DNA of 63,260 nucleotides, filler included, from Nematocida ausubeli (GCF_000738915.1; 6 parts of 5 records of this genome joined end to end with filler, not necessarily neighbours in it); one strand, 5' to 3'. Counted from the first letter of the whole stretch, positions 44,856-57,312 are shown. Notes: generated by a model not told the origin, from the letters alone. Program-made: numbers and translations.

Positions 44856-47800
44856 CTAAAAAAAAGACTTAATCCATGCAATACAAGATCTCACAATTCC
44901 TCTTACCCATTGGTATAAACTCTTTTTTATAACAATTGTTCCTGGGCACCGTCTTCCAAGTTGTTCTAATACTTTGTTGTATTTTTCTACACTCTGTTCA
45001 CTGCCTTCTGAGCACAGCATAGTCTTATTTCTCTCTAAAACTAGAATAGTATTTATGAAGTATGGGATATGGTCTGATAGATTAGGATCATGTGGGGTAG
45101 TCAATTCTTCTGTTTTTATAAGGTTGTAAATAAGAACAATGGCATTTAGGCTAGGGTTTGGCCCCATACATGCATTAATAAGCCAGCCCACGTAGATATA
45201 GTTGAGGCTTTCTTCTGGCGCCTTGGTTTTCTCAAGTATAGATCGAAGCTTTGCAAATTGAGCTATTTTCCCTTGTGCCACTATAACATTAAATATGCTT
45301 CTGTTCTGCTGTTTGCTTCCCAGTAAAGAATACATAGCATTTCTACGTATGGGCTGATTGAGATAGTTTTCTATACATTTTACTGCAAATCCTATTGATT
45401 TCTTTTTTAGTATACATCCATACATAGAATCTATATTAGGCCTATAAGAATTTTGCACTAATATATTGTTGAATAATAAATAGCTAAGCTGTGGATAATG
45501 TGTCTGGCAACTTGAAAGGAAGAGAAGAGGGGACAGCATACGGCCCCGTATATACTCTTTATCAAGTGGAGCACTTCCCAGAACGTTTGCAACAAAGCGT
45601 GTTGCAGGATTGGTTGGGCTCAATTCGTTTTCTATCAAGTGGAGTATAAATTGTTCTATAATATGGATCTTACACTCTTTGTTAGCAATCTTTCCTATTA
45701 AGAATAATTTAGATACATTTTCGTATCCAGTACTTAAAATAGCGTCTGTTCTCTCTATAGGATAACGCCAGCTATACCGCTGCGCCATAAAAGATGTATC
45801 TTCTATTTCCAAGTCAATGTACCGATTAACAGTATACATAATGTAGCTGCATGTGTCTGTATACATCCTTCTTACTTCTTCATACTGGTTTGTATTGCTA
45901 GAGTCTATGCCTGAACCCTCAATAAAATTAAAAGTAGCATAGTCTCTTTTTAGTTGTAATATAAAAGTGCTATTTTTATAGTTATGCGTAGAAACAATAT
46001 GAATTCCACCAAGAATATCGGCGCTTTCATCTGGTCTGTGGCCCAGTTTCATGCCCCAATCCATTACTAATATGCCTAATTTAGGAGATGCTAAAGACCT
46101 AAAAACTTCCTGCATCTTAGATGCAATATCATGTATTTTGCTGATGTCTAGATTGTTTTCTCTACATCTTTCTTCTATATACTCAACTAGATCCACTATG
46201 TCTGTGCCAGTCTTCTGCCCGGTTATTTCTGCTATGACAAGCAAAATATTTGCAAGACCAGACTCAAGCTGGTTTCTGTTGTGTCTGTACTGGATTTTCT
46301 TGTTGTCCAGGCAAGAAACGACCTTACTCCACTCCATGTGCATTTCTAAGGTAATAGTGTCAGTTGGCTTAGGATACTTTTTAAAGAAGGCAGTTACTGC
46401 TGGGCTTACTTCTTCTCCCATGTGGCTGGTTTCGTACTCTTTTTTCTCTGGGTTGTATGCCAAGCAGCAGAACAGCCCAAGAAGAGCTGTTTCTGTGTGG
46501 TTTATGTAGTCTAAAGTGCGGTCCTCCTCAAAGCCAGATAGATCCTGCTTGTACTGCGGTACTTTGACAGCTATTGGAAGCGTGCTTTCCTTCCAGAAGG
46601 AAAAGGCTGCTTCTTCAGTTTTGTTCTTTACCAGATCACAGAAAGACGTAATATATTTCATGCTTGCACTGGCAGACTCTTCGCGGAGGAACAGTTTATG
46701 GAATATTTGACTCTTCTTATTGCTACTTGCATTTCCTGTGTTATATTGGTCTATGGCAGCCTGCTGCTCTTCCTTAGCACCGCTCTGGCCAATGAGAAGC
46801 TCGCTCTTCTCCTCTTCTGTCATTTGGTCAAGAAGCAGCTCATGCACTGCCTCCACAAAACTTGCATACTCCGCAAAGCTGTCAATGAAGTGATATATGT
46901 ACGTCTGCATGAGGAACTCTAAGCTGTTCAAAAAGTCTCCCGTGTCAAATGCCTCCTGGCTGGACGGCATTACAAATGCGGGTGCTTTTCTAATTACTAT
47001 TCTGTCTTTGCACCGTACACAGAAGTTGACAATCTCTTCCACTTCACTTTGGTAAATGCTGTCGATGCGCAGATTTGTAGCAGGGTCAATGCCTGCAGTG
47101 TACAGCTCTACATCTGCAAACTTTTTTCCCTTGCATGTCTTGCTCTTTATGACAAGTCTCTTTTTCTCCCCTGAGTGGTCCACGCCTATTTGGACGTCAA
47201 TCTCTTCTGAAAGAAGCAGCAGCGCTGCAAGAATGTACTTNNNNNNNNNNNNNNNNNNNNNNNNNNNNNNNNNNNNNNNNNNNNNNNNNNNNNNNNNNNN
47301 NNNNNNNNNNNNNNNNNNNNNNNNNNNNNNNNNNNNNNNNTTTATGACAAGTCTCTTTTTCTCCCCTGAGTGGTCCACGCCTATTTGGACGTCAATCTCT
47401 TCTGAAAGAAGCAGCAGCGCTGCAAGAATGTACTTTGCATCCTGCTTAACGTGGTCTGCCCTTAAGAAGTTTGTAAGTGCATTTGACCGGGTAGTCTCAA
47501 TTGAGAGGTCTCCATGCTCGGATGGAAACATCTTTAAGAGCTGTGCATGGTACCCGCTGAGATATCTTCCATCAGAGCCACTAACTCCCAGCTCTTTGTG
47601 TATCTTGTCATTTGCAGGCGTTCTTGTAAATCCGTACTTTTGTGTGCTGTTAACTGCCAATCCATTTTCATAAAATGCATAGTCTATTTCTATTTCTGGA
47701 GAAAAAAACCGCTTGTTGTACATGTATCCGTTTTGGAAGCCCATATATCCGCATAGCAGATTCAGAGGCCCCTCTGGGTTAATGAATAGCTGTTGGCTGC

Positions 47801-47900
47801 CTTTTATCTTAGTTTCATGCGCTCTTCTTATATCTTCCACAGAAACTCTTGCAAAGAGATTCTGCACCATAAACAAACCAGCAATCACCCTGTAGATCAT
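44856..47900 (-). CDS. NemLGF1-like protein (long form); 949 aa after removing the gap artefact
   Basis: Signal peptide, INPEGPLNLLCGY, MYNKRFFSPEI, ETALLGLFCCLAYNP, NPATRFVANVLGSAPL. 47146-47240 is duplicated across the N gap. Confidence 0.92.
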   Translation of the reverse strand: MIYRVIAGLFMVQNLFARVSVEDIRRAHETKIKGSQQLFINPEGPLNLLCGYMGFQNGYMYNKRFFSPEIEIDYAFYENGLAVNSTQKYGFTRTPANDKIHKELGVSGSDGRYLSGYHAQLLKMFPSEHGDLSIETTRSNALTNFLRADHVKQDAKYILAALLLLSEEIDVQIGVDHSGEKKRLVIXXXXXXXXXXXXXXXXXXXXXXXXXXXXXXXXXXKYILAALLLLSEEIDVQIGVDHSGEKKRLVIKSKTCKGKKFADVELYTAGIDPATNLRIDSIYQSEVEEIVNFCVRCKDRIVIRKAPAFVMPSSQEAFDTGDFLNSLEFLMQTYIYHFIDSFAEYASFVEAVHELLLDQMTEEEKSELLIGQSGAKEEQQAAIDQYNTGNASSNKKSQIFHKLFLREESASASMKYITSFCDLVKNKTEEAAFSFWKESTLPIAVKVPQYKQDLSGFEEDRTLDYINHTETALLGLFCCLAYNPEKKEYETSHMGEEVSPAVTAFFKKYPKPTDTITLEMHMEWSKVVSCLDNKKIQYRHNRNQLESGLANILLVIAEITGQKTGTDIVDLVEYIEERCRENNLDISKIHDIASKMQEVFRSLASPKLGILVMDWGMKLGHRPDESADILGGIHIVSTHNYKNSTFILQLKRDYATFNFIEGSGIDSSNTNQYEEVRRMYTDTCSYIMYTVNRYIDLEIEDTSFMAQRYSWRYPIERTDAILSTGYENVSKLFLIGKIANKECKIHIIEQFILHLIENELSPTNPATRFVANVLGSAPLDKEYIRGRMLSPLLFLSSCQTHYPQLSYLLFNNILVQNSYRPNIDSMYGCILKKKSIGFAVKCIENYLNQPIRRNAMYSLLGSKQQNRSIFNVIVAQGKIAQFAKLRSILEKTKAPEESLNYIYVGWLINACMGPNPSLNAIVLIYNLIKTEELTTPHDPNLSDHIPYFINTILVLERNKTMLCSEGSEQSVEKYNKVLEQLGRRCPGTIVIKKSLYQWVRGIVRSCIAWIKSFF

Positions 47901-48952
47901 TTAATGAAAAATGAAAAATTTTAACTTAACTACTACAGCACCTGGTTTAAGTTGCACTGAAATAACAGCTATTTCAGGTATATAACTCGAACAACTTTTC
48001 CAGCACATTTATGGCGTACTTTCACATATTCATTCAATCATATGAAGTGGCAATGTATTTAAAAATGACAGAGTACTTAAGACAAATTTATTATAAGTGC
48101 AGAAGCCAAGAGTATTTTTTCTAAAAATAAAAGTTGTTTTCTTAGNNNNNNNNNNNNNNNNNNNNNNNNNNNNNNNNNNNNNNNNNNNNNNNNNNNNNNN
48201 NNNNNNNNNNNNNNNNNNNNNNNNNNNNNNNNNNNNNNNNNNNNNCAATGTATTTAAAAATGACAGAGTACTTAAGACAAATTTATTATAAGTGCAGAAG
48301 CCAAGAGTATTTTTTCTAAAAATAAAAGTTGTTTTCTTAGCACTTGGAATTATATTTAGCTACTATTCACAGGCCATGGTACTCTTGTCATTAAGGCACA
48401 CAAATACATATCAAGCTGGAATTATATAGAACAAGTGAGCTTGAAGATTATACACAGTTGGGTTTCTTTCTTCTTGCGATATTAGACTTCGCTTCTTCTA
48501 TTCAAAATTCCTTTATTTCTTTTTCTCTATTTATAGACTACTAGCAATTAATTTATTGGTAATAAGCAATTGTTAAAAGATATAGACAAAAGGAGAGAGT
48601 ATGTTAGCGTGGTAAAATCTCTCACCATTATTATGAGAATCCAAGAATTCATCAATGTTATTTCCACTTTCCCAAAGATTGTTCGTATATCAGAAGACCG
48701 CTAATTGTAAGCAAATATTAAAAGAAGCGGTACATACGAACAGTAAGAAATACATCTATACAAATGCAAAAGGGCACAGTCACCAAAAACATCCACATAG
48801 TAAATATAAACCTCTCTTGGCAACTGCCCTATATATTATAGACTACTATCTTCTGACTGGAACTTCGTCCCTCTTTTGAACACATTAGTTTTATTATTCA
48901 TTTTAGTATAGTTCCTTGGTTATTCATGGGCTTTTTGTCTTTTTTTGTTTTT

Positions 48953-50044
48953 TTATGTATTTTCGTATTTAGTTTGTGGCTTACTATTTATAGCTGGAAT
49001 AACTTTAGCACTTTTTATCATCTTATATATCTCTAATATGAGACTTGTATGCTTTTCATGCACGTCAAGCATGGTACATAAGATGTTTCTAAGATTCTGC
49101 ACGCCCTCTGCGTACAGTTCTTGTGCTGTTTTAATCGTATCTGTTAAAACAACCAGGTCTTTAGCATGTTTTTCATATATCATAACCCGCGAAAGTTTTT
49201 TTGCATACTCTGCATTACTTCTACGCACTAAACACATCATAGTCTTTTTTTCAACCATAGCATTTAGATAGTTTTTATTCTTTTTCAAGAACTCCTTAAA
49301 TAATCCTGCGCTAACTTCTGTATGCATGAAGCGTGTACTTCATGCGGTATCTTCTGATTCATGCAAATTGTTTAAGTCATTGGCCAAGTCATTGTTTAAT
49401 TCAGTGTAGTCCTTTCTGGCTTCCTGCAAATACTCCTTTAGAGTTTTTATTTCTTCACTTATAGCATTCACTATATCCACTCTAGTTTTTTTAGTTCATC
49501 TTCTATAAATGGCGATCTTTTAATGCTACATTCATCTTCTTCTGGAGCTTTTAGTGATGTTTCCATGTTTTTTAATAGACATATCTGATTGTTATATTTT
49601 TTAAAAGGTTTTCTATTTCTTCCTTCATATAAATTGCTTCTTTTAACTTATCTTGAAGGGTTTTGTTTCTGGTTATATCTTCTGCCTTCTCATATTCTGT
49701 GTTCAATTTATTATTTTTTTCTTCAAAGCATACAGCTTTATTACCATTTGCCTCTTGCAGCATATCTTTTTTTCCGGGATTTTTGCACTACAATTATAGG
49801 AAGCACCTTTGGATGTTCCTATATCTGCAGAATGGTTGCCTAAATGTAATGTGGAACTGTCTCTCTCACCATAAATTGCTTTATCTCTTTCTTTCTATAT
49901 GAAATCTAGGCCATTATCTTTTACCATTGAGCCACATATATCCTGGTAATTTGCAGCACTCACTGCAAGCTTTCCTTCCATTAAATACACACCAATCACA
50001 ATTGCACAGAGTATTTTTATTACGCATAATGCATGTTTCATACT
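48953..50044 (-). pseudogene. Degraded secreted coiled-coil gene
   Basis: Signal-like MKHALCVIKILCAIVIGVYL; in-frame TAG at 49895 with the same frame continuing through 49763-49572; further K/E-rich fragments to 48953. Confidence 0.6.
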
Positions 50045-50443
50045 ATTACTTAATTTCTTAAAAGGAGTCATTGTTAAACTTTTAGTGTTGCCAGTAGCTC
50101 TATATATAGTAGTAATTTTAAATAAATTTTTATCTTTAGTTTTCTTAGTTGGCAACAGAAACTAAATACTTCTATTGCAAGAAAATATTTAAAAATAGTA
50201 CATGCAAAAAATAAAGAAAAAGTCAAGTACAGGACTGTAACATCAAAGTACTTTATGTGGCATACTTGCGAAAGGAGTAAGGCTGTATATGGCAGCTAAG
50301 TAAGAACAGCATCTTGTTAAGTGAAAAGCCTTTCTGGCATACAACCGCATTAAATATCTAGATCTTTTGAAAAATTATAATTTTATTGAAAATACTGCTC
50401 TGTTGGAGCTAAACATGCAGATAATTTGTGGCATACTTCATTG

Positions 50444-51287
50444 CTAATAGGAATACATTTCTAAATACTTTTGCTTTGATTCTTCTATCTTTAGCTGGTT
50501 TTTGAGTTTTAAGTTCTTGGCTGCAAGCTCTGGAATCAGATAGTCTAAATTATTATAATTTGACAAGTCACTATCCATAATGATATTGTCGTTTGAATAG
50601 TTTCTGTCTATAGATGCACATAGAGTCTTTATGGCGTTCATTATCTTTTTAAGAACTTCTACACACTTTTCGACTATTTCCTGTTCAGAGTCTTCTTGGG
50701 CTTTATATTTAACAGATTTTTGAAGATCTAAATTTCTTCTTACGCGAACTAAATAACCCGAATAATGGCTGTCTTGCGGATTTGCAGGAGATTTTTTAAT
50801 ATCATTTAGTGCCTTTAGAAGACTAGTTCCTAAATATTCATTGGGTGTTTTGGGTACAAAAATATCAAAAGTTATACTTTCCTTTGATGTGGATTTTTCT
50901 TTTTTCACTCCCGTTTTTGGAGGGGTGTGTGTCGATGTTGAAGTATTTAGATTTGAGCCTACTTTAGAACCATTTCTTTGCTCAACTATTTCATCTAATT
51001 TCTTCTGTTTTTTTGGATTTCTTGTGATCTGTAAAGAGGTATTTCCTGGTCGGGAGCTTTCTTCACTTGGCTTAGGATATAACATTGCAGAAACATTTAA
51101 CATCTTGTTTATCTTGGAAATATAATTTTCTGTAGAAGATGCAGCATCACTTAGTTGAGAAGAAGTAGTTTTTGTAGAAGGCGCAATATTATTTAGTTGA
51201 GAAGGAGTGGTTTTGGTAGAAGATGCAATATTATTTAGTTGAGAAGGAGTGGTTTTTGTAGAAGGTGTAGTATCACTTAGTTGAGAA
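50444..51287 (-). CDS. Ser/Thr-rich repeat protein, 5' end in gap
   Basis: Frame is open from the gap: SQLSDTTPSTKTTPSQLNNIASSTKTTP... into MLNVSAM... Confidence 0.75.
51132..51287. repeat. 42-bp coding tandem repeat (at least 3.7 units)
   Basis: GTAGAAG at 51132, 51174, 51216, 51258. Confidence 0.9.
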
Positions 51288-51387
51288 NNNNNNNNNNNNN
51301 NNNNNNNNNNNNNNNNNNNNNNNNNNNNNNNTTAATTAATTAANNNNNNNNNNNNNNNNNNNNNNNNNNNNNNNNNNNNNNNNNNNN

Positions 51388-51601
51388 GGCTATCATTAGA
51401 CACTTCTTCCTTTTCTGCACTTTTTGCCTTAGTGCCTGTCTTTATTGCAGTGGGTATGCCAGGGTATCTTTGATGAAATGCCTCCCATAGATACTCTATT
51501 AATGAATATACTGCCATCCCGCAGAGAACACTGAATAATAACCGTATGATATTCGGGTACTGCCATATTTGGGTTATCTCTTCTTTAGAATCCACTCTCA
51601 T
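51388..51601 (-). CDS. Family-2 gene, 5' part, runs into gap
   Basis: WQYPNIIRLLFSVLCGMAVYSL...IPTAIKTGT, with cassette C upstream. Confidence 0.8.
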
Positions 51602-52481
51602 TCTATTTATTGCATTTTTGCACCCGAATATATTGTATATCTAAAGATCATTTTTATTTTTATATTTATATTAATACTCTGCTACTTCTCTATATACTTG
51701 TATAAAGCATATTAGTATTTAACAATTTGAGTCAAGATCACTACTGCAGGATATACACAGAAGAGTGTGCAGAGTGTGTTATACTGAGGGTATTCTGCTG
51801 GATACCTCTTGTATTTGCGCATATCCACTCTCTTTCCACTCTACTGCATGCATACTTGGATAGTTGTGACTTTTCTGTCTTGGATGGCTCTATTTCTGAG
51901 TCTGCCATCATACAACAGACCATCTGAGTCATAGACAGAAACATTCTCTATGTGCTAACTGCACTTTCTAGCTAGTGTATCTGTTATACACTGTACTATG
52001 TCTATATATTCACTTAATAGACTTTCTTGCATTAGCAACACACAACTGTTGCATTTAGAATGCTTTAAAGTAAAGTATATTTATTGAATATCCTTCCTAC
52101 TAATAATCTTGCGCTCTTGGGAAATTTCAGAGAATTCTCTGCAAACTAGATAGAGTAAAAGAAAAAAGACAACTGTCTCTTCTCCATAAAGCTCTATTTA
52201 AGCACAGAAATAATTTCCTACAAAACCAATACTAGCAAAATAAATTATTTTCTGGTTAGTGAAGAGTTAGCTATAACACTAGCAAAACTTCAGTAAAGCA
52301 GCTATCAAACAGCAAACACTTGGATAGCAGTCAGAAGGCTGCTGAGAGTTGAATTGTGCGTATAGAGTTATATGGACAATCTATGAGCTATTCTTTGAGT
52401 ATCCGAGCCCTTCCAAGTTAAGTCTTCTGGCAGTTCACCTACTGTCTAAGAGCAAGACCATTGTAAAATATTTACTAGAAC

Positions 52482-54647
52482 TTAGGGTGTTCGAGGCAGC
52501 ATTCTGGGCATTTGGAGTGCTTGAAACTTTCGGGTTATATCACTGGGTTCGGGTGGGTTTATGGTTTTTACATATTCAGAAAGAACATGCAGAATATAGC
52601 TGTCTATTGGAATCTTGGGTATTTCTATCTGTAACTTAGAACAACCCGAATTTACAGCACACTTACGAATTCCTAAATGAACTTTTTCTGGTGTCACAAA
52701 ACGAATAACTATCGACTGATTCCTGCATTTTGTTACATAGTGGATCACTATACTTCCAGTCAAATAGTTTTTATTATTCACTATCTGAATACTATAATCC
52801 ACAAAGTTCACAAGCATTATTCTCTTATCATTAGAAGATGTAGAAGATATTGAGAATACATCTGCAAGTGTTTTATTCTTTAAGAATTCTCTTGTCATAT
52901 GAAAAAATATTACTTCTGCATACTCTGCAATTCCTTTTGTAAAACAGGTTATTCCGAAAGATCCATCCATCTGCTCTCGATCTTGTAGTCTTTCTCTGTA
53001 CTCGTGTATTTGCTCTATATATTTACTGCAGTCCAGTCCTGTAACTTTTATCATTATTATGAGAATATTTAAAATATCTGGTTCAATCACACGCTTATTA
53101 TTCTCTAGTGTTGTGTAACTTATGTATGTATTGCGCTTCACCAAGTTCTTAATTATTTTACTCCATTTTTTCTGAACCTCTTGTGGTATTTTCTGCCCTA
53201 CCTGAATGACAGGCGTATTACTGCTTGGTGGGTTGTTTATATCTGGATTTCCACTTGTTTCGGATGAATCGCTAGAGGTACTCGCGTTTTTAGATGGCAT
53301 GGCAAACAGACTCTTCACTTCCTTTGACATGTATGGAAGATGGTCAAAATTGTATTTATCTGTCTTCGGGTCATATGCAATGCAGCATAATAAAGTAAGC
53401 AGCACAGACTCTATGTCACTTGAAATTAGCCATTCTTCTGGCTGTACACTCCCTTGGGTATTTGCTCCAACTGTTATTTTGGTAGGGAGCAGGCTATTAT
53501 CTGCAAAGGGAAGTAGTCGGATTTTTTTACTAGCTTCAGCCATACCTTCAAACTCTTTTATCTTCCTCCACCACTTTAATGCCTTTGGATTCGGGGTATA
53601 CAATGCAAATAATTTATTACGGATCTTCTGTGCAATATTTCTATAATTACTACCAAGTGGATACTTATTCTTACAAAACACCAATTTTTTGATTATATTA
53701 TAGTAGAGTTTATCTATATCATCTATAGTTTCCAGATAGTAGTATATGTATGACTGTATAAGCCATGTTGGGGTCTTAGTAAACTCATTCTTCCAATAAA
53801 CTTCTTTCTCGGCAGATTCCTTCAGCGCTATACTCTCTTCAAGCTCCTGGCAGGACTCTGCATTAAGGAAGTACTTAATAGTCTGCACTATTTTACTGCT
53901 ACTTTTTTTTATATTTGCTTCTTCATTAGAGTCACTGCTTTCCTGCTCTTCTGCACTAGCAATGCATATGGGAACACTGAAGGATTGCTCTGGATTGAAC
54001 TCATCTGTCCATGTAAGTCTTGGGCATGCGCTTTCCTCGTCCTCAATTATCAGCGGCACAGGCACTCCCTCTGCCCGCAGAAAAAGTATTGCAAGGATGT
54101 TATGCGCATATTCCTTGACAGGGTCACTCTTCAAGAAAGAAGTGAAAGAGTCTTTGCAGCCTTCTTTCGGATAGATGCTTATTTTTTCATATGGGGAAGG
54201 GAACATGTTAATCAGTGCATTGTAGTGGTCTACAACTCTATTCGGGAGCCTATTTCCCTCTGAATCCTCTTCTCTAGCTATGTCGTTTGTTGAATCTCTT
54301 ATCCAGAAAAGACCTTTATTCGGTGATGTAAAATAATATTTTTTTATGTATAAATCAGTAAATCGATTATTGTAAAGAATATCAACCTTTCCATATGCAT
54401 ATAGAATAATTGGGCTAATATTCCCACCTATTTTAATGCTCACCTTACCTTTTGTTCCACTTAATAATACTCTTATCACTGTATTCATGTCCTCTTCGCT
54501 TAATAACCCTAAGACATTCTGCATAGATAAAAGCATGCATATAAGAAGCACCTTTGCTAGTAGACTGATAGGTATCTGTCTGTTCTTTCTTTTGTATAAA
54601 TATTTATGTAGCTGATTTCTTCTCTCTGAAGTGTTAGACTTGTTCAT
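52482..54647 (-). CDS. NemLGF1-like protein (short form), paralogue of 2194
   Basis: Long near-identical stretches with the 2194 protein. Start set at MNKSN, 40 bp after the TATA box. Confidence 0.9.
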   Translation of the reverse strand: MNKSNTSERRNQLHKYLYKRKNRQIPISLLAKVLLICMLLSMQNVLGLLSEEDMNTVIRVLLSGTKGKVSIKIGGNISPIILYAYGKVDILYNNRFTDLYIKKYYFTSPNKGLFWIRDSTNDIAREEDSEGNRLPNRVVDHYNALINMFPSPYEKISIYPKEGCKDSFTSFLKSDPVKEYAHNILAILFLRAEGVPVPLIIEDEESACPRLTWTDEFNPEQSFSVPICIASAEEQESSDSNEEANIKKSSSKIVQTIKYFLNAESCQELEESIALKESAEKEVYWKNEFTKTPTWLIQSYIYYYLETIDDIDKLYYNIIKKLVFCKNKYPLGSNYRNIAQKIRNKLFALYTPNPKALKWWRKIKEFEGMAEASKKIRLLPFADNSLLPTKITVGANTQGSVQPEEWLISSDIESVLLTLLCCIAYDPKTDKYNFDHLPYMSKEVKSLFAMPSKNASTSSDSSETSGNPDINNPPSSNTPVIQVGQKIPQEVQKKWSKIIKNLVKRNTYISYTTLENNKRVIEPDILNILIIMIKVTGLDCSKYIEQIHEYRERLQDREQMDGSFGITCFTKGIAEYAEVIFFHMTREFLKNKTLADVFSISSTSSNDKRIMLVNFVDYSIQIVNNKNYLTGSIVIHYVTKCRNQSIVIRFVTPEKVHLGIRKCAVNSGCSKLQIEIPKIPIDSYILHVLSEYVKTINPPEPSDITRKFQALQMPRMLPRTP

Positions 54648-55409
54648 ACAAATGTGGATATATTTTATTTCTCGTCGCCTATTTATAGGCCTCAAAGAGA
54701 AGTCTATCAAATTGACGCCATGAAAGTAGAATCTTATTAGATACGTATGGCAAGTGGCAATATATATTACCTACTCAATCACTTGATTGCAGCCAAATAA
54801 AACAAGCAGAGGTTCTTATATAGTATTAGCCTTTAACCAAAGCCCAGAAGGCAATAGCCAACCCATACTTTCTACATTGCTAACCCAGGTAAAGAGTTTC
54901 ATGCGCGCAAGGCAAGGAAAACCAACACATGTATTTTTCCTTTCATGTTCATATTTTAACACTGCAACCTTCAAATATTTTTGCAGTAATTTGTTTAGTA
55001 AATCCCACAGAAGAGAATTCGAGCTATATCGAGTGCATTTCTGCAACAAAATATAATAAAATTTAACTAGTCTTACACACGTATATATTCACGCGTTTGC
55101 TTGTTGTTATCCCTGCCTTGAGGGCACAAATCCCTTTTCCAAGCCAGCAATGTGCCACTAAAGCGTCTGCCTATTTGTGCCTGAGTGGCCTGCTCTTTCT
55201 GGGCTGTTTTGTGGCTGGCTGTGTTCTCCCTGTGCTCTGCCAGCTGAACATGCTTGCTGGTCAAATGCCAGTAGATGCACTCACATACAACAGACCATTC
55301 AGTCATAGACATATGCTCCTTTATGGTCTAACTGCACTTTCTGGCTAGTTTATCTGCTATACACTGTACTATGTCTCTATATTCACTTAATAGACCTTCT
55401 ATTGGTCTA

Positions 55410-55775
55410 TCAGTGTATATACCTATTAATACATCCATACTCTCTATTTATCTGTCTATTCTTTTATTTCTGTGCATTTGTCTACTTTGTCTTTTTCTTC
55501 TCTTTCCAGTGTCCTTCTTGTATTTTTATTCTTTTATATATTGGAAAATAAAGTATACACACAGCCCTCTGAAGCAATTTATTTTACATAGTTATAAAAA
55601 TAGAAATAAAGCACTAGAGACAGGGAAAAGAAGAAAAGTAGCACATTCCAGAGAACCATCACTAGTCAGATATAAAGAGAGAAATAAGAGGGAGACAAAG
55701 AGAGCAACATCCTACAGACAAATAGAGAACGAAACAAGCATTTATTGACAGCTAGACATACACTCGTATATGCAT
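55410..55775 (-). repeat. Fold-back element copy 4
   Basis: Reverse complement closely matches copy 2. Confidence 0.88.
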
Positions 55776-56089
55776 AGTATATTAGCTTTCCTTCTGCACT
55801 ATACAAATACATAAAGACACTCTATTCGTGTGCACTATTGGGTTTCCTTGCCTATAGGACATAAAACCCTTTATCTGGGCTAGCAATGTAGATTAGTGTT
55901 GGACACTGCCTTTCGAGGTTTGACTGTAGGCAAACACGCTACAAGATATACCTGTTTACGCGCCAGCTAGACTAGCCCAGACTATAGGACCCTTTATTAG
56001 CTGGTAAGAGAATATCTAATTATCTCCATAAAATATAGCTATTGGAGGAGGTCTATAAATAGAGAACAAGAAATATTTTTTTAGTTTGC

Positions 56090-57312
56090 ATGGCCAAGTC
56101 TAACACTTTGAGGAGAGAAAACCAGCCTTATTTAATTAAAATACATCCTTCCGTTATTTGGATTAAGACAGCTGTCTTAGTCAGCATTCTACTAATAAAC
56201 ATACACAGAGCGAACATGACATTGGACGAAATAGAGACCACTCTGCAGTTTGAAATAGCAGCAGATTCTTCACCGGTGAAGATAAACCCAGAGGGGCCTC
56301 TAAACTTTCTGCGGGGATACATCTACCAGAAGATGGAGTGCATGTACAACAAAAGATTCTTTGCTCCGCAGATTAATACAGAGTACAATTTAGAGCACTG
56401 TAGACATAAGGGAGATCTAGAATATACATACACTCGAAATAGAAGGATGGACATGGCGTACAAAGCACTATCCGATAGTGAAATGGATGTGTACAATGAG
56501 CAGTACCACAATTACCTTATTGAGCTGTTTCCATCGCCAACGGGTGACATATCAATAGAGACGCGAGTAAGCCGGTCCTTCATTCGGGCTCTTCGGGCTG
56601 AGAAAACAGAGAAGCATGCGCTGCAAATTCTGGCCATGCTGCTTCTTTTCTCAGAGGGGGTAGATATTCCCATTGAATTCACTCAGTCTGCACTAAAGGT
56701 ATATGAGGCGGACAAAGAAAAGGGAATATACTTTGAAGTGCCCACTGTGATCGAGCGGCTATGTGCTAAAACTGGTGAAGTCGAAAAACTCAAACAGGAG
56801 AAGTTTATTACAATAATCAGCTTCTTCCAGAAGAATGCAAGCAAACATGAAGTGCTTAGTATAATGGAGGACAAGTGTACGAAAGAGGAGATTATGTCTG
56901 GAAAGTTCTTAGACAGTCCAAAGTTCCTGATACAGTCATACATATTCGGGTTCATAGAGACAGCACAGCATGCAATTGAGTTTATACAGGCAGTGCACAC
57001 TATGACAGAGAAGTATGCACCAAAGACAGAAGCACCAAGTAAAGGTGACTCTGTATACGACAGGCTTTTTAAACCTGCCAGTACAGAAACAGGCACAGAC
57101 TGCATGTCATTAATGAAGAAAGCTCAAGAGATTTTAAATACAAAACCGGTCTTCCCATTTGCAGACAGCACGCAGCTTCCTAGATACACATCTGTTCCTA
57201 GGTACAGCCGAAAAACAAACACCTTTTCTACTAACCATTCGAAAGACTACAGCAACTGTGTGGAGTGTATGATTCTTTCTCTTTTCTGCTGCTTGGCATA
57301 TGACCCAGCAGA
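56090..57312 (+). CDS. NemLGF1-like protein, 3' end in gap
   Basis: INPEGPLNFLRGYI, MYNKRFFAPQI, LIELFPSP, SPKFLIQSYI, YSNCVECMILSLFCCLAYDP. Confidence 0.92.

Noticed and set aside
47146..47435. Internal duplication in the LGF gene
   Set aside because: Exact 95-nt overlap on either side of a 100-N gap, i.e. unmerged contig ends. Removing 195 nt keeps the frame.
48051..48340. 95-bp direct repeat
   Set aside because: Same gap-flank artefact.
55371..55748. Recurrent small ORFs (4989-5198, 55371-55748, 62042-62407) as a small membrane protein family
   Set aside because: They are translations of the fold-back element; starts and lengths differ between copies and copies 1 and 3 give no listed ORF. 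Ribosome profiling would be decisive.
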